A stretch of 64,000 bases of DNA from Asterias rubens. Lineage: Eukaryota. Under the pieces are notes generated by a model, which made no database searches, had not been told where the DNA came from, and worked only from the letters and a program-made list of their open reading frames with translations. The translations under genes were made by a program, and so were the position numbers. Below, one piece after another: positions 1 to 11,560 of this stretch (within the stretch, counting starts at the first letter, position 1; each line of letters opens with the position of its first letter). The stretch lies in the NCBI RefSeq assembly GCF_902459465.1, contig NC_047066.1, forward strand, positions 20,088,001-20,152,000. Direction: 5' to 3'.

Positions 1-120
1 TCTCTCATACAAACATTGGTTTATGAATTGCACAAATCAAACTAATTCTGATTCAGTAACTAGATGACAATACTTACATAATATACTTACATATTATGAG
101 TTCTAGTCACTGTAAGTCAT

Positions 121-1008
121 CAGTTAGCTTGGTAGGATTCAAACCCACAACCTTGTGATTGCAAGTCCTGCAGTCTAACCACTGGACCACAGTTAGCTTG
201 GTAGGATTCGAACCCACAACCTTGTGATTGCAAGTGCTGCAGTCTAACCACTGGACCACAGTTAGCTTGGTAGGATTCAAACCCACAACCTTGTGATTGC
301 AAGTGCTGCAGTCTAACCACTGGACCACAGTTAGCTTGGTAGGATTCAAACCCACAACCTTGTGATTGCAAGTCCTGCAGTCTAACCACTGGACCACAGT
401 TAGCTTGGTAGGATTCAAACCCACAACCTTGTGATTGCAAGTCCTGCAGTCTAGCCACTGGACCACAGTTAGCTTGGTAGGATTCAAACCCACAACCTTG
501 TGATCGCAAGTCCTGCAGTCTAACCACTGGACCACAGTTAGCTTGGTAGGATTCAAACCCACAACCTTGTGATTGCAAGTGCTGCAGTCTAACCACTGGA
601 CCACAGTTAGCTTGGTAGGATTCAAACCCACAACCTTGTGATTGCAAGTCCTGCAGTCTAACCACTGGACCACAGTTAGCTTGGTAGGATTCAAACCCAT
701 AACCTTGTGATTGCAAGTCCTGTAGTCTAACCACTGGACCACAGTTAGCTTGGTAAGATTCAAACCCACAACCTTGTGATTGCAAGTCCTGCAGTCTAAC
801 CACTGGACCACAGTTAGCTTGGTAGGATTCAAACCCACAACCTTGTGATTGCAAGTCCTGCAGTCTAACCACTGGACCACAGTTAGCTTGGTAGGATTCA
901 AACCCACAACCTTGTGATTGCAAGTCCTGCAGTCTAACCACTGGACCACAGTTAGCTTGGTAGGATTCAAACCCACAACCTTGTGATTGCAAGTCCTGCA
1001 GTCTAACC
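121..1008 (-). repeat. Left block of a 69-bp tandem array of tRNA-derived (SINE-head-like) units, 13 units, the last one interrupted
   Basis: The unit cagttagcttggtaggattcaaacccacaaccttgtgattgcaagtcctgcagtctaaccactggacca starts at 121, 190, 259 ... 949. The minus strand reads TGGTCCAGTGG (A box) ... GTGGG-TTTGAAT-CCTAC (T arm/B box). Confidence 0.97.
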
Positions 1009-2549
1009 TAACGTCCGTCGATATATCGAAAATACTCAAAAACTCGATATTTTTTTGACATCGAAATCGCCGATGTCACTTTTATAATCATATCGTAATA
1101 TCGGATTTTCGATATATATCGAAAATTTCGATGTTTTGAAAATATTTCGATGTTCCTAAATGATATCGAAAATACCAAAAGAGTGTCCGATTATTTAAAA
1201 GAAATCTGTGTTTGAGTATTAGAAAAGCCGTCGTCGTTATGTAGTTTCATCATTTTGAGTTGCCCTATTAAATAAAATACGTTTTACAACCAAGTATGTC
1301 TGCATGTTCTTTGTGTTTTCGCCATCAGCCGCCGGCCCGCCGCAGAAGTTCACGACCCCGCGGCGAGCGCACGATAAAACCTCAAAAGAAACCGCCGCTG
1401 CTGCCCTAGCCCATAGAGTATGCCTAGCCTATTGGCTGTTTAAGATGCAACTTCCCATTGTGCATGTGATCAAAATCAATGCGTCTTCATCACAGCATTA
1501 TTGACTTTGCAAAAATACCCCGCAAAAACTTCCCCGAATCAACAAGACAAAACAAAATAAGGAAGAAAACAATCTTACGTTATACAGTAAAATAATCTTT
1601 CTATCAATCCAAGGTATCGTAATGGCGTCATTTTGGTCAAATAAAGCCTGCACGTTGTGTTGTTTTCGGTAAACAAGCTAACATTTCCGAGGAACTATAT
1701 GCTTCGCAGACCACGCTGTCGGCGGCTATTGCGTGCGTACACCAGCGAAGACTATGCTGTTGTACGGTTTAAGCGTGCACACCAGCATGTATGGTTATTG
1801 CAATTCGGGGGGAAAACCCGTTTGCCCAAGCATGCGCAGACACATGCAGTCTTTGGTCAAGGCGGTATCGCGTGATGCACTGCGTTATTTCGACAATAGA
1901 GGGCGTTCTAGCATTCAATGTTTCTTGCCTTTGTTATAGAATGCAAAGTAAAAAGACTAAAAGCCTTTATTGGAGACTATGTGACTGCATGCTGCGTGCG
2001 TTGTATTGTGATCGCTGAGTGGTAGGTCTGTGTTTTGCGGGACTTTCTAGTGATTTTTTGTCGATGATTATCTCAACCATTTTCAACCGTAAAGGTCAAC
2101 TTGATTGACACTTCTATACGTCAATGCATCGACAACTGACACCTTAATGTAGGCGAGTCACGCAACTCACAAAGGCTCTGTGTCATTTTGAGGCGGCCAA
2201 TCATGGCCAATCAGGAATCGAGAATTGTGGTGAGCGTTCACCAATTGGCCAAGCCAGCGGTAGCGGCGATCATACTTTGTTGTAAAACCAGAAATAATCG
2301 GGGCGGGACTACGCAATCTGAAATTGTTTGGACAACAAACAAGTTCGGGGGATCAGACAAAAACAGGTTGAAATGTAACCCTATTAAACTGTCAGCCTAT
2401 GGTATATATATTTCTACCTCCATGAGTATACCAAGTGCTGTTTTTAGGCTTCCATCTTGCGCGCGGGAAATACTCGATATATCGAGTATACTCGATATTA
2501 AATTTTCGATATATCGGTTATGGGAAAAAACCGATATCGACGAACGTTA
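1009..2549. mobile_element. Non-autonomous hAT-type DNA transposon, 1541 bp, with 8-bp TSD
   Basis: TIRs: taacgtccgtcgatat (1009-) versus the reverse complement of atatcgacgaacgtta (-2549). TSD gtctaacc at 1001-1008 and 2550-2557. Dense CGATAT/ATATCG subterminal repeats at both ends and no transposase ORF. An 8-bp TSD with short TIRs and subterminal repeats is typical of hAT. Confidence 0.88.
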
Positions 2550-2985
2550 GTCTAACCACTGGACCACAGTTAGCTTGGTAGGATTCAAACCCACAACCTT
2601 GTGATTGCAAGTCCTGCAGTCTAACCACTGGACCACAGTTAGCTTGGTAGGATTCAAACCCACAACCTTGTGATTGCAAGTCCTGCAGTCTAACCACTGG
2701 ACCACAGTTAGCTTGGTAGGATTCAAACCCACAACCTTGTGATTGCAAGTCCTGCAGTCTAACCACTGGACCACAGTGTAGCTTGGTAGGATTCAAACCC
2801 ACAACCTTGTGATTGCAAGTCCTGCAGTCTAGTCACTGGACCACAGTTAGCTTGGTAGGATTCAAACCCACAACCTTGTGATTGCAAGTCCTGCAGTCTA
2901 ACCACTGGACCACAGTTAGCTTGGTAGGATTCAAACCCACAACCTTGTGATCGCAAGTCCTGCAGTCTAACCACTGGACCACAGT
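2550..2985 (-). repeat. Right block of the 69-bp tRNA-derived array: remainder of unit 13 plus 6 units
   Basis: The same unit resumes in register after the insertion, with starts at 2567, 2636, 2705, 2774 (1-bp insertion), 2844 and 2913. Confidence 0.97.
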
Positions 2986-3074
2986 GACCTTAAGTTGAAG
3001 TCATTTAGTTTTGTCTCATCTCAATAAAAACACTACAAATCAGACTTTTCAAGCGCACTTTTGTCCCTCCAAAG

Positions 3075-5631
3075 ATATTTTTCACTGCAAGCCACATGCC
3101 CGATAGGCTTTGCGGACTCCATACGGCTGGAGGTGGAGACTAACATTTGCAGGGAGGACGGTCCCTTACCAGACTGCTTTGCAACGTCTATGCGGAAAGC
3201 ATACACCACTTTGGAAACAGTAAGTATTCACCCTGTCCTTATCATAGGTCACCTTAACCCTAAACTTAACCCTAACCCTTTAGTCGACTGTACACAAAGA
3301 CATACTTGTGGAGTGTCGAGAGTGTGAGTTTGGTTCCCAATTGTGGCCCTTGTGTCCTCAAGTAAGCACTCATAAAGTGCTTTATCCTTCGAATGGGATT
3401 TTAAGATCCCTTGTTTTGTAATACACTACTGTAAAGAGAAGGGGGTTCGCCCTGTGTTTTCTGGCATATTTGATTGTAGAATATGCTGCAGCGCCTTATA
3501 AACCCCGACATCAAAAACGAGTGTCATAATTCAAACCTACCTCTGCTTACCGATCATTCAAATAATCAATGCTTTGGGATACCTGTGTATAAGTACTGGT
3601 TATTATTGCTATAATAAGTTTTATTATTTTGATTTACTCATGTTTACTACAAGTTATGTTAAAGATAGATCAAAATAAACAATTTCAGGTCTTGTTAATA
3701 AATTATTCCTGGTCTAATGGAAGTTCTGAGAACTAGTGTAGATTTTCTTACAATTTGAGCCCTATGTTGAGATTATCAGAATGATGTTATTGGACAAATT
3801 TGTGACATTCTTCAAAATGTTTCCTGCAGGTTTACTTTCCCGGGTTCATTCAGAGCGAGCTGTACTACCGCTTCCTGACCGAACTCATCAACACAATCAA
3901 GAGCGAGCACGCCTCAATAAACTCTGACCTGTCAGTGGCAGGTGGCGCAGTGGCAGGCATCGGGGCGGATGACAAGCCCAAATCCCGCAATACTCTCCTC
4001 GCGGAGGGCAACGTCAAGAAGTTGTTTGAAGAGAGTGAGATGAACATTGAGAGCCTGGATTCGAACCCGGATCTGTTGTGGCAGAGACCAGACCCTGGGT
4101 AAGTGGCAAAGAGAGGACTTGTGTATCAGACTAAAATTCTGATGGGTGAATCATTAGAGTGTGGGTTTGATTTTCGGTCATAATCCATGCCCTTGAGTAA
4201 GACACCTAACCATAATTGCTTCTCTTAACCCAGGTGTGTAAATGGGAACCTAATAGAATGAGTCAGTGTTGTGGTAACCCCATAGCACTTAAATAAGCAG
4301 CTTGGGGTGGTATGCTCCCTTGAGAGTTAAGAAAGTCCGAGGAACGGTCTCAGTATGCCTTATGAAGTATTTAGCTTTAGATGTGGGAGGAAAACCCCAA
4401 TGAGGGAAAAATCACGCACTTGGGTGGGGACTGAAAGTGCCAATCCACATGCAAGGCTTTGGTCTAAGGCGAGATTCAAACTGGGTTCACAGAACAGAGG
4501 TGTAAGGAGCGAAGGAAACCGCTGAGCCAGTTTGAATGACCTTGGCTGGCCACTATAAACTTGAGCGCATTCAGCATAATGCTCCCTCTGTTGCTTTTGA
4601 CCAATGTAAGAGTTAAATGTACATTTAAGGGAACCTTGGTTAAAACAATCAGTTAGTTAATAAGTTTTATTGAAATGCGTTTGTTTTCCCCTCCATCTAG
4701 GATGATGACATTTGGTAAGGTGAATCATTTAGGACAGTTTGTCCCCGAGTACGAGCCGGATCCAGAAGCCATGAACAAGAAATCCTCAGGTTAGTTCTCT
4801 CTCCTATTTGTCAGTATTTAAATTTTATTTTATGAAAGTCACTCAACACGAGGCCAGAAGGCGCTGTGCCCATCTACATGTATACAGGATTTCCGATTAA
4901 AATAATAGAATGGTTGCAAAAACCCCAGATATACTTTGCCTTCAAGTTGTTATGTACGACTGATGGAAATTCCCATATAAAATCAAATTCATTTGATATT
5001 CCTTTCTTACCAGGTTCAAAGTTTTCCTTCAAGAAACTAGTAAAAGGTGACCAGGAAGCGGTATGTATTTTTCTTGCCTTGTTTATTTTGTAAAATTGAA
5101 TTGTCTCCATATTTGTTTTGTTATTAGAAGTTTAATACTAATACTGTGTTTTGGCAGGCATGATACTTCATTATTGTAAGAGCAAGGCAGCTTTCCTTAT
5201 TTATAGGGCACATGATACTTCATTCTTGTAAGAGCAAGGCAGCTTTCTTTATTTATAGGGCATCTTAATCTCCATTTCTATTGGATCATTTCAAGTGTCT
5301 TGCTCATGACACAAGTTTCATGAACGGGATTTGAACCCATATCCCAATGATCGGGCAATCAGAGCTTTAGTCTAATGCATGAGAACACCCCGCCGACGAA
5401 TTACATACCATCTTGGTATATATTATTTTGCAGACAAAAGAGGAAATGGCACTAAAGATAGCACAAATGATCATCAACGACGTCAACATGCAGACAGGGA
5501 CGTCAACTCCACCTCCTTCCCCGTCCATCAGACCCAGCAGTGCCCAGAGGGGTGTGGCGTCTGCACCCCGCCTACCCCACGGCAGTCCAAGGGTGAAGTT
5601 CAATGAGATCAGTGAGCAGTCATCATCATGA
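3075..5631 (+). CDS. AKAP10: A-kinase anchor protein 10 (D-AKAP2), 3' part; exons 3075-3219, 3830-4098, 4701-4789, 5014-5060, 5434-5631; upstream exons lie outside the window
   Basis: All introns are GT-AG and phase-compatible. The spliced peptide YFSLQATCPIGFADSIRLEVETNICREDGPLPDCF..VYFPGFIQSELYYRFLTELI..MMTFGKVNHLGQFVPEYEPDP..EEMALKIAQMIINDV matches the recalled AKAP10 second RGS domain and PKA-binding helix (human EELAWKIAKMIVSDI). Confidence 0.96.
3320..3470 (+). mobile_element. Degenerate tRNA-derived SINE (gtgtccttgagcaagacacttaac-type core)
   Basis: ccttgtgtcctcaagtaagcac...ccttcgaatggga resembles the copies at 4150, 33417 and 52726. Confidence 0.5.
4150..4340 (+). mobile_element. Degenerate tRNA-derived SINE
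   Basis: gtgtgggtttgatt...cccttgagtaagacacctaaccataattgcttctcttaacccaggtgt is nearly identical to the core at about 52820-52865. Confidence 0.6.
4385..4530 (-). mobile_element. Degenerate tRNA-derived SINE (second family)
   Basis: ccaatccacatgcaagg...gagattcaaac is the reverse complement of the head and body at 59402-59517; it is also seen at about 54575-54702. Confidence 0.5.
5160..5262. repeat. 52-bp direct duplication in an AKAP10 intron
   Basis: atgatacttcatt(a/c)ttgtaagagcaaggcagctttc(c/t)ttatttatagggca occurs at 5160 and 5212. Confidence 0.9.
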
Positions 5632-6134
5632 CAATACTAATAATTAGAAGGTGAGCACCCCCATCATTGGAATGGTACTCTAAAAGGTAACTAGGACATC
5701 ACTTGATATGACTCGGGCCTCTATGGGAGCAATACTGATGAGGTCAAGCAAGGTCGCAGCTACTAGTTACCATTTAGAGTTTACTCATTGAAGGTTGAGA
5801 GCATCTCAAATTGAAGCTTTAGTACTAACATTCCTCATACTCGTTTGACCTGAAGAGAAACTCATGAGTTGTAGTTCTGTCACTGGTACTCACTATATCA
5901 TACTTGTTCTCTGGTATCAGAGACTCGTTTGGCCTAGAGAGAATCTCCAAACAATGAGTTCTAATTTTGACCAGAATTCACACTTACTCTTTGTCCCAAC
6001 ACTGCAATGTTGTACTTATACGCTAACAAAACTTAGAATTTTTAATTAAAGTTAAAATTGATCATGCTCCTACTGCCAGTTACAGGATTCAAAAAGGTCT
6101 TTCGCCACCAGGCATGCTTGAGGGCCTAGTGGCT

Positions 6135-6430
6135 TTTATCTGCTCTAGAATTCAGAGGTTGTAAGTCGAATCCTACCCAAGTAATACTGCTGGACTCTTG
6201 ATAGAAAGTACCGAGTATACAGTGCTTACATGTATCACACATTGTTTGGTAAACCAAAATGGTTATCTTTATTTTTGATGCAAGATGCCAATGTGATTTA
6301 CAAGACATCTCTCAAATGTGGGGGATTATGGGCTCAAATCCCACCCAAGCAGTTTGCCTGTAAGTCTGTCTACGCAGTACTCTGAAAGCACCGAGTATAC
6401 AATGCTAATCACACATTAGTGTAGAGTCAA
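6135..6430 (+). mobile_element. Two degenerate collinear copies of the gctctagaattgca / gaaagtactgagtatacagtgct SINE family in the presumed AKAP10 3' UTR
   Basis: The head (ctgctctagaatt...gaatcctacccaagtaa) is followed by the tail gaaagtaccgagtatacagtgct; a second copy starts at about 6320. Confidence 0.6.
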
Positions 6431-7286
6431 ATTAAAATAATGAAACCCATGCTGTTCTGACAAGTCAATTTAAAAGCGAAAATATATCAAAGGCCTGATG
6501 TGAATTGACATTTGCAGGTAATTGAGACAACTCCATTCAAACAGGAATAATTATTTTCAAAATGTTGTGAATTTTCGTGATGGAATGTGTCAAAAATCTT
6601 TTAAAAACAACAATACAAACTTAAGAAATATGTTTTTAATTTTTGTATGTATTGTGAATTTAATTGTTGAAGTGAAAGAATTTAATATTTGATTTACACA
6701 GTTGGTTGTTATATAATTTGTTCCGTAAGGCATCAAGATATTGCCCCCTTATTGGAAATAATACAATACTTATATTCAGATTTGAGTATTCTGTTTTAGT
6801 AACTGTTTTGAAGCACAAAAGACTTTTACTAAAACGTGGCCAAATGTTAATTTTGTCAAGCGGTCACAAAGTTCGGTATTCGAGTGGTTTCCAAATTCTA
6901 CAAAACTTTAATGCAATGTGTAACAGGCAGTTGAAGTCAAATACAGTATGACACCATGCAATTATCTCAAACTGCTAATTAAAACCATGTAAACTTAGTG
7001 TTTTGCACTACAAATGCCAACAAATTTGACAATATCGTTGTGTCAGCAGAAAAACCCTGTATCTCGATTTTGCAAAACCGATGTTTCTTGCATAAAAACA
7101 CCAATGGACAAAGCCAGAGCCATTGTCACTTGTTTCACACATCTGGCAGTAGCTTAATATCTTTTGCATGCACCCAAGCCACGCTATTGAAATCTTCAAA
7201 GTCTTTAAAAAAACAAATAAGTAACACGTTCAAGACAACATTGAAAAACTTATCATTCATTCCAACTGCAAAGAAAATCAACTAAG

Positions 7287-7292
7287 AATAAA
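7287..7292 (+). promoter_or_regulatory. Candidate poly(A) signal for AKAP10
   Basis: AATAAA in AT-rich sequence downstream of the stop. Other hexamers exist, so the choice is uncertain. Confidence 0.25.
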
Positions 7293-7746
7293 ATACTTGC
7301 CAAATTGATACAAAATTACCTTATTTTAAAAGATTACTGTAAATGTAAATTTAAAAAAATATTATCTAAACTTAACACACACTGCATTATAATCTGTGTG
7401 GTTTAAATTATTGATGAAAATTGCTTATAATTGTTTGTGGAAAAAAAACAAGTTATTTATACAACTTAATAAGCTGGTAACATACCAAAGTGTAGTGAGT
7501 TTTTAATGTTACCCATTTTTAATACTGAAAGCTTATATACAAAGTGATTGGAAAGTTCATGCTTTCATTAATGCTTTCGTTATGTGTCACAACCAAATGA
7601 CATGTAATACAATTGTCTCTGATAGGAACTTTGGGACTATAGTTGGCAGCAGAATTAAGAGGTAAAATTTATATTGTTTTTACTATAGGTCTGAGCACAC
7701 GTACATATCCATCTCACAACCCCTCATATTGGTAATAATAAAACTG

Positions 7747-7971
7747 TGTCAATACATGGCCCATTTGAGGACTGGGGCCGATCCACTCTTCGGGTGCACT
7801 CATGTCTTCATGTATGGTTGCCCGCAAAAGAGACATCAAGTCATATAGCAACTGGTCCCCTATCATTTATCTTTGATCGTGTTACATGTCTAACTAACTG
7901 TATGCAATTTACATTGAAAAACATGATTACTTTTGGAGGGAATTGCGTAAAAAAAAAATGTATTTTGACAC
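7747..7971. mobile_element. Putative MITE with short imperfect TIRs
   Basis: gtgtcaatacat ... atgtattttgacac. No clear TSD. Confidence 0.35.
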
Positions 7972-9342
7972 GTGTGTAGCTTCCTACAAGCACCATACCA
8001 ACGCTCAAAGGTTTTTAACAAGCCTGCTTGCAAACCAGTCACTTTTCGGAGCCGATAGTAGGGGTTAGTGACAAGAGGTTTCGATAGGCCCAGTGCCAAA
8101 GGTAGTGAGGCTGAATGGATTTACCTGGTACAGTTATATAAGCCTGCTGCCAACTGGCATCCCCATAGTTCTACAAGTTGTATGATTGCTTATAAATCAT
8201 TTTTGTAAAGCAGCCCTCAAAATGCAAATTTAAATCCAATGTTTACAGTGCATTATGTCGTTATTATTTGTATAATGGGGAAACTTGACCAAGTTGGTCC
8301 CAACTTCATAAAGCTGTTAAGCAGGAAACGATGCTTAGCAAATTTGCTTCTGCTAAATGGGTGGACCCAGAGACATTTTCATGGGGTGGGGAAAATAAGG
8401 ATGGTGTATACTTATGTACTTGACTTACTTACTTTGGGGCAGAGGCACACCCTTTCTCCTTGGATCCACCATTGCTTTTCGAGTCTCAAAATGAGTCTAT
8501 AGTTGAAATGGCACGACTCATGAAAACTTCAGCAGGCCTGGTACTTTATGGAGGCAGTCTGTGTTGAAGTAGTGCCCCTTAAAATGTTCAAATACAAATT
8601 GACATTGCCCTTTTGTAAGGAAAAATGTATTGCATATAATTATGAGGTCACATGATATGCCCTTCCTTTATTGATGTACCAAGTTGTGAACCATGCTTCC
8701 CTTGATAAATGAATATGAAATCCATTCTTTGTACATGTATGTTATAGCTTTGGAAACGTCCCTTAATATAAGTACATGTAAATGTGTGGCCCAACATGTG
8801 AAAGTGTCGTATGCAATGTACTTCCACAGTGTAAACCTCCGAGTACATTGATGTTATGTATGGTGATCAACCCAAAATGAACAGGTTTTGTACATGTACA
8901 GCATAGATAGATAAAGATAAACAATAGGCCTATGATATTAAAATGGTCTACCCAAAATAAAATTAAAATGAATACAAATCATCACTTTGTATCTGCCTGC
9001 CTTTATTTATTTTGTCAGCTCTTCTTTAGGAACACCCTGTGTGGAAACCTTCCAGTTGGTGACTTCTCTGTGTCCTGTCTGTCACCCTTATTTTCCAACA
9101 ACCCCATGTTCCGAAAAACCCTTGTGATTTACACTTTAGGGCGATACATATTTAATCGACCTCGCGCACATTAAGTCGTTGCATGCAATGGGGCACCTCC
9201 TCGTAGAGGTCGTCCAGTGTGCAGCAAGTACTTGGCTTTTGCGTTTTCATTTTTCCTAGAGCTAATAAGATGGTGGCAAGATGACATCAACACACAATTA
9301 AGGTCCATTATTAAGTTGGTTCAACAAAGCAACGCTTGAAAA

Positions 9343-10896
9343 TTAGAGTTCTCTATAGTTGTGCATAACTTGTTCCAAGCTTGCAAAGCAGTCAATAAAT
9401 TCTTCTTCAGTCATACCGTGCCTGGTGTACCAATGTACGTACGCCCTCATGGCAAACATACTCCATGCTTTGCTTAACACTCTGTCCAAGGGTTCAATAG
9501 GGGTCTGGCAGTTGCTCAACAGGCCTGCTGTCTTCTCTAACCCATGAAAAGGTTGTTCGTTTGATTGCATTGCAAAAGCTGCTGAACCTGGCACCCAGTT
9601 GGCATAGAGGGCTCTGTTCTTAAACCCTGTGGTGTCCACCAGTCCCGAGTCCTTCCCACGAATGGTGAACAAGGCAGCAATGGATTTATTGTGTTCACTT
9701 GATGCAGATGGTTTTGATGGCAGTTTCATTTGCCAGTTGATCCCTGCAAAGAAAAGTTACAAATAATCTGTTACATTATTATTCATGTAGGACTTCAAGA
9801 GGGCGATTATTAACACTTACAAAGCACCACTCCGTAAAAGAATGTGAGCTTTGAAATGCTTGATGGCGAAGGGCATCTTATTGGGGGTGAGTCGTGCAAA
9901 CTTTTCAAGATTTCAACATACTTTACCTTCTTCCATAACAGAGCCCGTCACCAGCATCTGCCTGAGCCTTGTGACAAGGCTTGGATAGTTAAATGTGCTG
10001 AATGCCAAAGCAGCCTCCGAGACTTGTGGAACACTCCGCATTGTCAGGAGTTTGTAGTCCGGGTGTGGAACAAGATGCTCTAGTAGGTGTCCAAAAGAGG
10101 AAGGACGCTTTGGATTGGCGAAGTCAGACACAAGCAATGCTGGTTGCAAGGCTATGTTCATCTGTTGTGCAATGACTTTGTTCATGTCTAGGAAGGAGAT
10201 GTTTTGTTTAGCAGTTATGTACTGGCCACAGATCCTCCGCATGCTGTCATTGTGGGTTATGAGAACAGCATCAGCACACTGGTAGAGATGTCCAAGTGAG
10301 AGGATGGCATTGTAGTTCTGTAGGATGACTTCCCCAGTACCATGTGGCCAGATCAGGTGGTTGAACAAGAAGGCATTGGGGTAGTTATCCTGGAGCACCT
10401 GGGTGATGCGGGTTCCAACGCCTGATCCTGTGCCCCCAGCAACACTCATGAGGGTCAGGAACCCAGCAAAAGCATCACACCTCTCTACCTCTCTCTGCAC
10501 TCGCTCCAAGACCTCTTCCTCAACCCGGGGACCCTGTCCATGGAACCCATCGGCCCAGTTGTTACCAGCTCCTTGTTTCTTTGAGAACATCTGCTTCCTG
10601 TCATACTTCCAAGATCCTGACCTATGTGCTTGTGCAGCGACATTCTGCACAACTTTTCCTTCCATATCAACTAAAACTGCTCTAGCAGATGGGGCTACTC
10701 CAGGTGTCTTTCCCTCTGTATATTGGAGAAATTCATCTTTAGGGTCATGAAAGAAACGTCTGAGGCTGTCCAAGTGATAAGCTGGTTTTTTAGAAGGCTT
10801 CTCATGTTGACTGTTGATGTCAGACATAAGGGTCTGGAAGAATTGATGACCGACTTGGTTGCCACATTGCCCAAGCTGCACTGTTACAACAGACAT
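9343..10896 (-). CDS. TUBD1: Tubulin delta chain, 456 aa; complement(join(9343..9743,9927..10896))
   Basis: Starts MSVVTVQLGQCGNQVG and contains ARAVLVDME, GAGNNWA, MSVAGGTGSG, WPHGTGEVILQNYNA and the C-terminal KAWSMFAMRAYVHWYTRHGMTEEEFIDCFASLEQV, matching recalled delta-tubulin. The intron (9744-9926) is GT-AG in phase 1 and splices to EEG|INWQ. Confidence 0.97.
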
Positions 10897-11560
10897 TATG
10901 ACGAGCACTTTATAAAAATCAACTTTCTTAAAGAGAATACAAGCCGTCTCTAAAAAAAAAAAAAAAAAGGAAACAAATTTCAAAATTAGTTTAATACAAC
11001 TAGTGACAAACGTTTCAGAAACGAATGGAACGGGGAGTGCTTTACGTGCTGTACTTCAGTGTACTTTATTGATTACTTAAAATACATGCTCCATTTGCTG
11101 AAATGGTTAGATACAAACAAAAATCCTACTTCTACTACTACCGTACTAGCTACTTCTCCTTTGTTACTTGGCAGTCCATAAGTGAGGATATTACCAATAA
11201 GCAATTCTAAATTAGAGTTAACTTTTAAAATAAAGGACATACAGTAAGTTTCTAATTATTTACTTGAAATGAGTCATTCCTTCCCATTCCTCCCCTTCTC
11301 AATCTCAATCTCACGCATGCTTTTGATTTGTCCGTAATCTGGGCAATATCGTTCACAGTAACCGAGAGACAAGTTTAGTACGCGTAGTCAGTCTCAATTT
11401 ATCAAACTTAACATACCTTCTATACATAATAAGTAGAAAGGATGATGAACAACTAGTTGGGGAAACTGGTATTTGCTACATTTGGCCGCATTTCTGAAAA
11501 AGTGTGCTAAGAAATGTCCAACGGTTCGGTGCACACGACGGAGTGTTCACTTCTTTTTAG
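10897..11560 (-). promoter_or_regulatory. Probable TUBD1 5' UTR and intron: acceptor giving an exon start at 10949, candidate donor at 11417
   Basis: The minus strand has a long T tract followed by AG (10950-10951) 53 nt before the ATG, and GAAG|GTATGT at 11417/11416. Confidence 0.4.

Noticed and set aside
107-1039. Long repetitive ORFs (310 and 290 aa, 23-aa period, Cys-rich) and their continuation at 2518-2974
   Set aside because: They arise because the 69-bp unit is a multiple of 3 and stop-free in two frames. The DNA is tRNA-like, intronic and split by a transposon.
1009-2549. Insert as a Dada (tRNA-targeting) transposon
   Set aside because: Dada elements are described without TIRs and with shorter TSDs. 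This element has TIRs, subterminal repeats and an 8-bp TSD.
121-2985. Array as a CRISPR locus or a cluster of real tRNA-Ala(UGC) genes
   Set aside because: There are no unique spacers or cas genes. The units lack the 5' acceptor strand, the anticodon stem pairs poorly, and most have TTTGAA in the T loop.
9913-10983. ORF-track start at 10983 and end at 9913 for tubulin
   Set aside because: The first 29 residues come from a poly-T acceptor tract and UTR; the true start is MSVVTVQLG at 10896. The end reads through the donor at 9926.
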